A stretch of 64,000 nucleotides of DNA from Paracoccaceae bacterium. GTDB taxonomy: Bacteria > Pseudomonadota > Alphaproteobacteria > Rhodobacterales > Rhodobacteraceae. This document shows positions 47,999 to 55,998 of the stretch, piece by piece. The position numbers were made by a program, and so were the translations under genes. The stretch lies in assembly GCA_019454225.1 (NCBI GenBank), contig CP075370.1, forward strand, positions 2,721,649-2,785,648, written 5' to 3'. Under the pieces are notes generated by a model. It saw only the letters and a program-made list of their open reading frames with translations. It was not told where the DNA came from and searched no databases. Within the stretch, counting starts at the first letter, position 1; every line of letters begins with the position of its first letter.

Positions 47999-48110
47999 TC
48001 GTCAGAGGGATTGCGGCATGTCCGGGGTTGCGTGATACCCGGGTTTGCGGCCTGATCGCCTTCGGCGCATGAAGCGACATGAGGCCGTAAACCGAAAGAC
48101 GGGACGCTCG

Positions 48111-48782
48111 ATGGCAAAACGGTCGGATGAGTTGCGGGACATGCTGGAAGAAGAGATCCTGACGGGGCATTGGCGCCCCGGGGATCGGCTGGAAGAGGTG
48201 ATGCTGGCGGAACGCTACGGCGTGTCGCGCACGCCCATCCGCGAGGCGCTTCTGCAACTGTCGGCTTCCGGCCTGATCGAGAACCGCCCGCGACGCGGGG
48301 CCGTGGTGGCCAAGATCGGGCCGCGCCAGCTGATGGAAATGTTCGACGTCATGGCCGAGCTCGAGGCGATGTGCGCGCGGCTTGCGGCGCGCCGGGTGAC
48401 GGATGAATCGCTGCGCCGGATCTACGAGGCGCATGACGCTTGCGGACGGGCGTTCAAGTCTGGCGATACCGATGCCTACTACTATGAGAACGAGGTGTTT
48501 CACGGCATGATCCGGCAGGCCGGGCGGAACGAGTTCCTGATGGAACAGGCGGAAATCCTGCAGAAGCGGCTGAAACCCTATCGCCGGATGCAGTTGCGCG
48601 CCCGCGACCGCATCCGCGCTTCGTATCAGGAACACGAAACGATCGCGGCGGCGATCGCGCGCGGCGATGCGGCGGCGGCGGCCGATGCGATGCGCGGGCA
48701 TGTCGGCGGGATGGGCGAGCGGTTCAACGACCTTCTCGCTTCGCTCGACGCCGCCGAAAGTGCCGCCCGCACAGGGTCGTGA
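48111..48782 (+). CDS. matR: GntR family transcriptional regulator (FCD type), probable malonate regulator MatR
   Basis: The wHTH LAERYGVSRTPIREALLQLSASGLI is followed by an FCD domain. The gene is divergent from matAB. Start ATG 48111. Confidence 0.75.
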   Translation: MAKRSDELRDMLEEEILTGHWRPGDRLEEVMLAERYGVSRTPIREALLQLSASGLIENRPRRGAVVAKIGPRQLMEMFDVMAELEAMCARLAARRVTDESLRRIYEAHDACGRAFKSGDTDAYYYENEVFHGMIRQAGRNEFLMEQAEILQKRLKPYRRMQLRARDRIRASYQEHETIAAAIARGDAAAAADAMRGHVGGMGERFNDLLASLDAAESAARTGS

Positions 48783-48796
48783 CAACGCCGGCCGCG

Positions 48797-49618
48797 TCAA
48801 GCGACCCCGACCGTGAGCGCCTGTTCCACCAGATAGCGGCGCCCTTCCAGCATGTCGTCCAGCGTGCCGAACTGGTTCATGTAGTGGCCGGTAAAGCCTG
48901 CCGCCTCGATCCGCCGGAACATATCGGGCCAGTCCATGGTGCCCTCGCCGGGGTTCAGGTGTTCCTCGACGGTGCCATGGCAATCCGCCAGCCGCACCTC
49001 GCGGCAACGCCGCAGGTCGAGACCGTCGACGAACCCCGCCACATCCTCGGGGTAGAGATGCGCGTGGTTCGCGGTAAAGGCCATGCCCAGGTTGGGCGAG
49101 GTCAGTTCGCTGAAATACCACTGGCATTCCTCCAGTGACGCGCAGAGGTAATGCACCTCGGCATGGTCCGGCTCGCGGTTGGTGTTCTCCAGCAGAAGCA
49201 GCACGCCACGTTCCTCGGCATAGCCGACCGCGCGCTTCAGTCGCTCCAGCCCGGCAAGGCGCCGGGCCTTGTAGTCGGCGGTAAAGTGATAGCCCGCATG
49301 CACGATGACCCATTCGGCCCCGGTGGTCACCGCGAGGTCGATATAGGCACGCAGGTAGGCATCGGCAGCTTCGGTGACGAACGGCGACACTTCGGCGATG
49401 TTCACCCCCGACAGCGTATGAAGCCCCAGCGTCACGCCTGTCTCGGCGCATAGCGCCCGGATACCGGCGCTGCGGTCCTGCATCGTCGCCAGCGCGTTCG
49501 GCGCAAGATCGGTCTGCACGTCCAGGAAACGCACCTGATTGGCGGCCGCCCAGCGGATCGCATCCTCGACCGGCAGCGACCTGCCGACATCCATGCCGAT
49601 CCGGTCGAAAAGGTTCAT
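48797..49618 (-). CDS. Sugar phosphate isomerase/epimerase (xylose isomerase-like TIM barrel)
   Basis: AP-endonuclease-2/TIM barrel blocks (LGLHTLS, VIVHAG, LLLEN). ATG 49618 has GGAGAA upstream; ATG 49630 is an alternative. Confidence 0.75.
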   Translation of the reverse strand: MNLFDRIGMDVGRSLPVEDAIRWAAANQVRFLDVQTDLAPNALATMQDRSAGIRALCAETGVTLGLHTLSGVNIAEVSPFVTEAADAYLRAYIDLAVTTGAEWVIVHAGYHFTADYKARRLAGLERLKRAVGYAEERGVLLLLENTNREPDHAEVHYLCASLEECQWYFSELTSPNLGMAFTANHAHLYPEDVAGFVDGLDLRRCREVRLADCHGTVEEHLNPGEGTMDWPDMFRRIEAAGFTGHYMNQFGTLDDMLEGRRYLVEQALTVGVA

Positions 49619-49633
49619 TCGGTTCTCCATCGT

Positions 49634-50440
49634 CTATTTCGCAACCCGTCCGGTCACCACCCAGGCAGTCGCGGTCAGCGAGCGCGGCCCGTCGGTATCG
49701 CCCGACAGATAGGCCATGCGCACGGCCTGAGCGACGCGTTCGCGCAGGGCGGGTTCCAGCGCCGCCACATATCCGCCGACCGGCCCCTGCCCGCCGAGAA
49801 GCGGCTGCCAGTAGTCGTCGAAATCGGCAAAGTCCATCCGCACCGTCTCGGACCGCCGCTCAACATCCGTCAGCCCCGCCGCGCGCAGCAGATCCGGCAT
49901 GCCGTCGGGCTTGGCGAGCGGATTGGCAAAGATCCTGTCGCGCGTCGACGCCGCCACCGGGTCGATGCCTGCCGCCGTGTCCCAGAGCAGCCGCTGATAG
50001 ACCAGTCCTCCCCGGAAATCCCAGGCTGCGGTCACCACCATGCCGCCGGGCCGAACCACGCGCACCATCTGGCGGGCCGCGCGCAGGGGATCGCTCATGA
50101 AGTTCAGGGCGATCAGGGCGATGGCGGCGTCGAAGCGGCCATCGGGAAAGTCCAGTTCCAGCGCGTCCATCCGCTGGAACGCGACGCCAGGCTGGTCCGT
50201 GCGCCCGCGTGCGAAGGCCAGATAGGGTTCGGCCACATCGACGCCAACCAACGCACGGCCGGGGTAGCGTGCGGCCAGTGCCGCCGTCACGCTGCCGGTG
50301 CCGCAGCCGACGTCCAACACCGGTCCATCGCCCGGCAGGGGAATGGTCTCGGCGATGCGGTCGGCGACGCGGCGGCTCCACCGGCCGATGAAACGCTCAT
50401 AGGCCGCGCCGTCGTTGGCCTGATAGCCCGAGTTCGACAT
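49634..50440 (-). CDS. Class I SAM-dependent methyltransferase
   Basis: Motif I is VLDVGCGTGSVT, and DAAIALIALNF is a post-I/II block. The start is ATG 50440 (or GTG 50449). Confidence 0.8.
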   Translation of the reverse strand: MSNSGYQANDGAAYERFIGRWSRRVADRIAETIPLPGDGPVLDVGCGTGSVTAALAARYPGRALVGVDVAEPYLAFARGRTDQPGVAFQRMDALELDFPDGRFDAAIALIALNFMSDPLRAARQMVRVVRPGGMVVTAAWDFRGGLVYQRLLWDTAAGIDPVAASTRDRIFANPLAKPDGMPDLLRAAGLTDVERRSETVRMDFADFDDYWQPLLGGQGPVGGYVAALEPALRERVAQAVRMAYLSGDTDGPRSLTATAWVVTGRVAK

Positions 50441-50469
50441 CGAAGTCACTTTCTGTTCGTCGGCAGGGC

Positions 50470-51747
50470 CTAGCGCATCAGCGAGGGCAGCCAGGTTGCA
50501 AGTTGCGGGAACGCCATCAGAAGGATGGTGAACACGAGAATCGTCACGAAGAACGGCAGGTTCGCCACGAACACGCGCAACTGGTCGGTCCGCGCGATGC
50601 GCCCGGTGATGATCAGCGCGATGGCCATTGGTGGCGTCAGCTGGCCGATCACCACCGCCATGACCATCAGCACACCGAAATGCAGCAGGTCGACATCATG
50701 GATCAGCAGCGCGGGCAGGATCACCGGGACCAGCACCGGGATCAGCGGATCGAGGAACATCCCTGCGATGATCGCCAGCACCATCAGCACCATCAGGCGC
50801 ATGAACATGCCGTCACCGGGGGTCAGAACCTCGACAATGCCCGCCAGCGCCTGCGGCACCTGCGCGCTCGACAGGCTGGCGCCCAGCGCAAAGGACAGGC
50901 TGACGATGATCAGAAGCTCGCCGGTCATCATCAGGGCGCCGACAAAGACCTGATAGAGCCCGCGAACATTCAGCGACCGGTAGACCACCATCGACAGGAA
51001 GATTGCATAGATCACGGCGAAGGCGCCGCCTTCGGAAGGGGTAAAGACCCCCAGGACCAGCCCGCCGACGATGATGGCGGGCATCCCGAACGCCAGGATG
51101 GCGCGCTTGCCGCTGCGCAGGATTTCCAGCGCGGACAGGCTGCCATGGCGGCGCCAGCCACGGAATGCCGCAAGGATCGCGATCTGCAGCATGAAGGTCA
51201 GGCCCAGCAGGATCCCCGGGATCAGTCCCGCCAGGAACAGCGCCCCCAGCGAGGTGCCAGTGACGGCCGAATACAGGATCATCGGCGATGACGGCGGGAT
51301 CAGCGGGCCGATCCCCGAAGAAGATGCGCTGATCGCCGCCGAGATTTCGGGCGAATACCCCTCCTTCTCCATCGCGGGGATCAGGATCGAGCCCGATCCC
51401 GCAAGGTCGGCGGTTGAGGATCCGATCATGCCGCCGAAGAACATGCTAGTCAGCACGTTGACCTGTGCCAGCCCGCCCCGCATCCACCCCACCAGCGCCC
51501 GCGCAAAGTCGAACAGGCGCCCCGAGATGCCGCCTGCGTTCATCACCGTTCCGGCAAGCACGAACAGCGGCAGCGCGATCAGGGTGAACTGGCTGACGCC
51601 GGATACCATGGTCTGCGGGACCATCAGGCTCCATTGTCCGCCAAGAACGAAGTTCATCGCGACAGCCAGCAGCAGAGCGGCCACCATCGGCGTCCCGAGC
51701 ACGAGCAGCAGCAACAGGACGCCGATGGAAATAAGGGGAATGATCAC
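50470..51747 (-). CDS. TRAP transporter large permease (DctM family)
   Basis: 425 aa with about 12 hydrophobic segments and a typical DctM N-terminus. GTG start at 51747 with GGAG upstream. Confidence 0.88.
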   Translation of the reverse strand: MIIPLISIGVLLLLLVLGTPMVAALLLAVAMNFVLGGQWSLMVPQTMVSGVSQFTLIALPLFVLAGTVMNAGGISGRLFDFARALVGWMRGGLAQVNVLTSMFFGGMIGSSTADLAGSGSILIPAMEKEGYSPEISAAISASSSGIGPLIPPSSPMILYSAVTGTSLGALFLAGLIPGILLGLTFMLQIAILAAFRGWRRHGSLSALEILRSGKRAILAFGMPAIIVGGLVLGVFTPSEGGAFAVIYAIFLSMVVYRSLNVRGLYQVFVGALMMTGELLIIVSLSFALGASLSSAQVPQALAGIVEVLTPGDGMFMRLMVLMVLAIIAGMFLDPLIPVLVPVILPALLIHDVDLLHFGVLMVMAVVIGQLTPPMAIALIITGRIARTDQLRVFVANLPFFVTILVFTILLMAFPQLATWLPSLMR

Positions 51748-51792
51748 TCCGGTGCTCCGTTGGGGAAGGGATATGGCGGTGCAGGCCGCCGG

Positions 51793-52371
51793 TCAGCGGC
51801 GTGACCTGCCGCCGCCCCGCATGTCCTCGACCACAAGCATGACATAGGCCAGCGCGGCGAGCAGGGGACCGATCATCAGGGCAGCCTGGAACCATCCCTT
51901 CTGGATCTGCAGATAGATGGTGCGATCGGTGCCGAAGAACTGGACATACTGGAAACCGGCGACCGCAAGCCACAGGAAGGCCCCGGCGGCAAGCAGTTCG
52001 GTCAGATAGCCCAGGACGCGGCGCGGTCCGTCGGACAGTCGCGTCGAGAGGAAATCGATCCGGATGATCTGGCGCCTGCGGATCGACAGGAACATGCCCA
52101 GCATTCCCAGCCACGGCAGCATCGCCAGAACCAGTTCATCGCTCCAGATCAGGGCGCGGCCGACGATGTAGCGCGATACCGCATTGCCGAACACAAGCAG
52201 CACGATCGACAGCAGCACGGCCACACCCGCGACCTCGGCCGCCTTGTTGACGGCGCGGTCGATCCGACCCTTGCCCGCGTCGTGATCGAAGACATCGATC
52301 GCGCGGCTGGCTGCATCCACCTGATGCGCAAGATCGGCGCCGGATTCTTCGGCTCGGGGGGGCTGGGACAT
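51793..52371 (-). CDS. TRAP transporter small permease (DctQ family)
   Basis: Four hydrophobic segments; it sits between the DctP and DctM genes. Start ATG 52371. Confidence 0.8.
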   Translation of the reverse strand: MSQPPRAEESGADLAHQVDAASRAIDVFDHDAGKGRIDRAVNKAAEVAGVAVLLSIVLLVFGNAVSRYIVGRALIWSDELVLAMLPWLGMLGMFLSIRRRQIIRIDFLSTRLSDGPRRVLGYLTELLAAGAFLWLAVAGFQYVQFFGTDRTIYLQIQKGWFQAALMIGPLLAALAYVMLVVEDMRGGGRSRR

Positions 52372-52470
52372 GAAGTTGCGCCTCGCGATATGCTGGTAGG
52401 GCTGATGGCCATCGGCGGCCCGCCGGAACCCCTGCGGCACCATCCGGTGCCGCAGGGATCGGTCACAGCC

Positions 52471-53463
52471 TCAGTTCGAAGCGGCAGCAACCACCTGCGC
52501 GGCGAAGTCCGCCCCGGCCATCTCGCCCACCGCGGTCCAGATCGGAACGGCGGCCGCCTTGAACGCCTCAAGGTCGATCTCGTTCACTTCCATGCTGGCG
52601 CTCAGTTCGCTGACCAAAGCCGCATCCGCCTCGGTGCCCAGGTTGCGGGTGTAGACGGCCGCCTCCTGTGCCGCGGCCTTGACCGCCGCCTTCTGTTCCT
52701 CGGTCAGCGAGTCATACTTGCGCGCGTTCATCACCAGCGTGACCGGCGAATACACGTGGCGCGAAAGCGACATGTATTTCTGCACTTCGAAGAACGACCG
52801 GTTCTTGATGGCCAGCAAGGGGTTCTCCTGACCATCCACGGTACCCTGCTGCAGGCCGAGATACAGCTCGCCCATGTTCATCGACACCGGCTGCGCGCCG
52901 AAGGTCGAGAAGGCGAGAATGCGCGCCTTGCTGCCCGGCACGCGCAGCTTGATCCCCTGAAGGTCGGCGGGGACGACGACCGGGCGCACGTTGTTGGTGA
53001 TGTTGCGGAAGCCGAGTTCACCGAACGCCAGAACCTCGACGCCCGCCGAGGCGCGCATCGATTCCCGCATTGCCTGGCCGATCTCGCCGTCCAGAAGGCG
53101 TGCGACCGTCTCGCGATCGCTGAACAGGAACGGCATGTCGAAGACTGCCCACTTGCTGTCAAGCGACACGGCATCCGATCCCATCGGGTAGACGTCGATC
53201 TGACCCGTGCGGATCATCTGCATGTGGACTTCTTCGTTTCCGAGCGCCTGCGTATGGAACAGCTCGTGCTCGAAAGCATCGCCGAGGGCGGCCTCCAGGT
53301 TCTGGCCGAAACGTTCGGCCATCTGGATATCCAGCCCGGTAAGCGGGTTCTCGCCCGAAATCCGCAGCGTCAGGGTCTGCGCAAGCGCCGGGGCAGGCAG
53401 GGCAGCAAGGGCGGCCAGGGCGAAGGCACCGGCCGCACCTTTCAGGCTTCTGAACATGGTCAT
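52471..53463 (-). CDS. TRAP transporter substrate-binding protein (DctP family)
   Basis: Signal peptide MTMFRSLKGAAGAFALAALAALPAPALA. DctP blocks (LRVPGS, VDGQENP). GGAGGAAAAA RBS. Confidence 0.88.
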   Translation of the reverse strand: MTMFRSLKGAAGAFALAALAALPAPALAQTLTLRISGENPLTGLDIQMAERFGQNLEAALGDAFEHELFHTQALGNEEVHMQMIRTGQIDVYPMGSDAVSLDSKWAVFDMPFLFSDRETVARLLDGEIGQAMRESMRASAGVEVLAFGELGFRNITNNVRPVVVPADLQGIKLRVPGSKARILAFSTFGAQPVSMNMGELYLGLQQGTVDGQENPLLAIKNRSFFEVQKYMSLSRHVYSPVTLVMNARKYDSLTEEQKAAVKAAAQEAAVYTRNLGTEADAALVSELSASMEVNEIDLEAFKAAAVPIWTAVGEMAGADFAAQVVAAASN

Positions 53464-53552
53464 CGTTTTTCCTCCATATGTGCGGTGTGCTTTGTTCTTG
53501 TCCGATCCGAAGCGCCACCATCTTCGGAGCCGGTTGAAGAAAGGCGCCGGGG

Positions 53553-54650
53553 TCAGCCGGCGCGCATCGTGTCGCGCATCGCATCGCGGTTCAGTGTCAC
53601 GCCAAAGCCGGGCGCCGCAGGCACGGCAAGCCGACCGTCCTGAACATGCGGCACAGCGACAAATATGCTGCGCTCGACCTGGTCGACGCCCAGGTGGCAC
53701 TCTGCCAGCGTGCCATTGCGGAACCCCGCAACATGGTGCAGCGAGAATATCCCGCCGCCGCCCGCGTCAGACAGGGGCCGGTTGTAGATCTGGGCCAGAT
53801 GCGCCACCCGGCGCGTCTCGGTCAGTCCACCATTGTACAGGCTGTTCGGCATGAAGATGTCGATCGCGTCATGTTCGACAAAGGCACGGAACCGGTCGGA
53901 ATGGCCGTCCATCTGCCCCGCCGACAGCGGGATCGTAGTGCGCCGGCGCAGCATGGCCATGTCGCGCGGGTCGTTGCGATGCACCGGATCCTCGAACCAG
54001 GCGATGTCCTGACCGTCCAGCAGCGCGCAGAGACGCATCGCCTGATCCAGCGACAGGCTTTCATTGGCGTCGATCGCCAGCGTCACCTCGGGGCCGAGGG
54101 CCGCCCGCACATGGCGCACGCGCGCCGCATCCTCGTGGATTCCGCCCTTCGCCACCCCGACCAGCATCTTGAACCGGCGATGACCCTGAGCCTGCAGGTC
54201 GCGCGCAACGGCAACCAGCTGATCCCGGTCGAAGGCACCGAAACCGAAGGTGCAATACGCCTCGGCATGGTCCTTGTGCCCCCCCAGCAGCTGCGCCACC
54301 GTGCGGCCGGACGCCTTGCCGATGATGTCCCACAGGGCAAGGTCGATGCAGGACAGCGCGGACAGGTTGATCCCGATGGTCTGGCCGCGTTCGGACACGA
54401 GGGTGTGCAGGCGGCCGTGTATCCGCTCCAGGTCGCGCGGGTCGGCGCCCATCACGGCGGGGCCCAGGTGGCGGGTCACCGCCGCCGCGACGGCATGCGG
54501 CAGAAAGCGCGAGGCCATGCCGACACCGACATGGCCCGCGTCGGTCTCGACTTCGCAGATGATGCGGACGGAATCGCCCGCGGGTTTCCCCACCAGTGGC
54601 AGGACGGTGTCGAACACATGGACGCTGGCCCGGACCTCGACGATCTTCAT
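53553..54650 (-). CDS. Enolase superfamily enzyme (mandelate racemase/muconate lactonizing family)
   Basis: Capping domain plus barrel with the metal-ligand contexts LAIDANE, WFEDP and IFMPN. Substrate unknown. Confidence 0.82.
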   Translation of the reverse strand: MKIVEVRASVHVFDTVLPLVGKPAGDSVRIICEVETDAGHVGVGMASRFLPHAVAAAVTRHLGPAVMGADPRDLERIHGRLHTLVSERGQTIGINLSALSCIDLALWDIIGKASGRTVAQLLGGHKDHAEAYCTFGFGAFDRDQLVAVARDLQAQGHRRFKMLVGVAKGGIHEDAARVRHVRAALGPEVTLAIDANESLSLDQAMRLCALLDGQDIAWFEDPVHRNDPRDMAMLRRRTTIPLSAGQMDGHSDRFRAFVEHDAIDIFMPNSLYNGGLTETRRVAHLAQIYNRPLSDAGGGGIFSLHHVAGFRNGTLAECHLGVDQVERSIFVAVPHVQDGRLAVPAAPGFGVTLNRDAMRDTMRAG

Positions 54651-54684
54651 TGCGCTGTGCCGCCCCTCGCTTGCCGCGTCCGTG

Positions 54685-55875
54685 TCATTCCGCCGCCTCC
54701 TGCACGGGTGGCCCGTTGCCCGACAGCGATTGCATCGCCGCCTCGACCCCGCCCGGTCGGTGCGGGATGCCGCAGGCGGCCAGCCCCATCTCCACGCCCG
54801 AGATCGTTCCCGTCACCATCAGGTCGTGGAAGTCGCCCAGATGGCCGATACGGAACACGCGGTCGTTCAGCGGCCCCAGTCCGTTGCCCAGCGACATGTT
54901 CGAGCGTGCGAGGATCTCGGCCCGCAGCGCGTCGGCGGAATGGCCCTCGGGCAGGCGCACGGCGGTCAGGACGGGCGAATGCTCGGCCTCGACCCTGCAC
55001 TGCGTCTCGAAACCCCAGTGACGCACGGCGGCACGGGTCGCCTCGGCGGCCCTGCGGTGCCGATCAAAGACGTTGTCCATGCCTTCGTCCTGCAGCATGT
55101 CCAGCGCGACCTTCAGCGCCTGCAGCATGTTGGTGGCCGGGGTATAGGGGAAATACCCCCGCGCATTGGCGGCGATCATGTCCTCCCATTCCCAGAAGGC
55201 CCGCGGCAGGCGGGCCTTCGCCGCGGCGGCACGTGCCTTCTGCGATACTGCGTTGAAGGAAAGGCCGGGCGGCAGCATCAGCCCCTTCTGCGATCCGCCC
55301 ACCGTCACGTCGACACCCCATTCGTCATGCCGATAGTCCACGGACCCCAGGGACGAGATCGTGTCGACCAGCAGCAACGCCGGATGGCCCGCCGCATCCA
55401 TCGCCCGCCGCAGCGCCGCGATGTCCGAGGTGACGCCGGTGGATGTCTCGTTGTGGACCACGCAAACGGCCTTGATCGCATGGGCACGGTCCTCGGCGAG
55501 GCGCGCGCCGATCCGTTCGGCTTCGACGCCCGAACGCCAGTCGCCGGCCATCACCTCGGCCTCGATCCCCAGCTTGGCCGCCATCTTGCACCAGAGCGAC
55601 GCAAACCAGCCGGTCTGGTACATCAGGACGTGGTCACCCGGCGACAGGGTGTTGACGAGCGCCGCCTCCCACGCGCCGGTGCCCGAGGCGGGATAGATGA
55701 CGACAGGCTGCTCGGTGCGGAACACCGTGCGTATGCCGGCCAGAACCTCGGTCCCAAGCTTTCCGAACTCCGGCCCGCGATGGTCGATCGTCGGCATCGC
55801 CAGCGCGGCAAGGATCGGAAGCGGCGTGTTAGACGGGCCTGGGATCTGAAGGAAATGTCGTCCGGGATGATGCAT
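54685..55875 (-). CDS. Class V aminotransferase (serine/alanine-glyoxylate aminotransferase family)
   Basis: GRHFLQIPGPSNTPLPILAALAMPTIDHRGPEF is the typical SgaA/AGXT N-terminus. Start ATG 55875. Confidence 0.85.
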   Translation of the reverse strand: MHHPGRHFLQIPGPSNTPLPILAALAMPTIDHRGPEFGKLGTEVLAGIRTVFRTEQPVVIYPASGTGAWEAALVNTLSPGDHVLMYQTGWFASLWCKMAAKLGIEAEVMAGDWRSGVEAERIGARLAEDRAHAIKAVCVVHNETSTGVTSDIAALRRAMDAAGHPALLLVDTISSLGSVDYRHDEWGVDVTVGGSQKGLMLPPGLSFNAVSQKARAAAAKARLPRAFWEWEDMIAANARGYFPYTPATNMLQALKVALDMLQDEGMDNVFDRHRRAAEATRAAVRHWGFETQCRVEAEHSPVLTAVRLPEGHSADALRAEILARSNMSLGNGLGPLNDRVFRIGHLGDFHDLMVTGTISGVEMGLAACGIPHRPGGVEAAMQSLSGNGPPVQEAAE

Positions 55876-55939
55876 CGGGTCTTCCGCTTTTATCGTTTGG
55901 CACAACAGAACGGTTTCTGCGTATTCTATTTGAAGCACG

Positions 55940-55950
55940 ATGTATACAAT
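55940..55950. promoter_or_regulatory. Second ATGTATACA palindrome, candidate GntR-type operator
   Basis: ATGTATACAAT (core TGTATACA) lies in the 123-bp divergent region between the aminotransferase gene and the FAD/Fe-S oxidase gene. Confidence 0.4.
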
Positions 55951-55998
55951 GTGAGCAACTGATTCTTTGGACAGATCGCAGGCGACCGGGATGGATCG

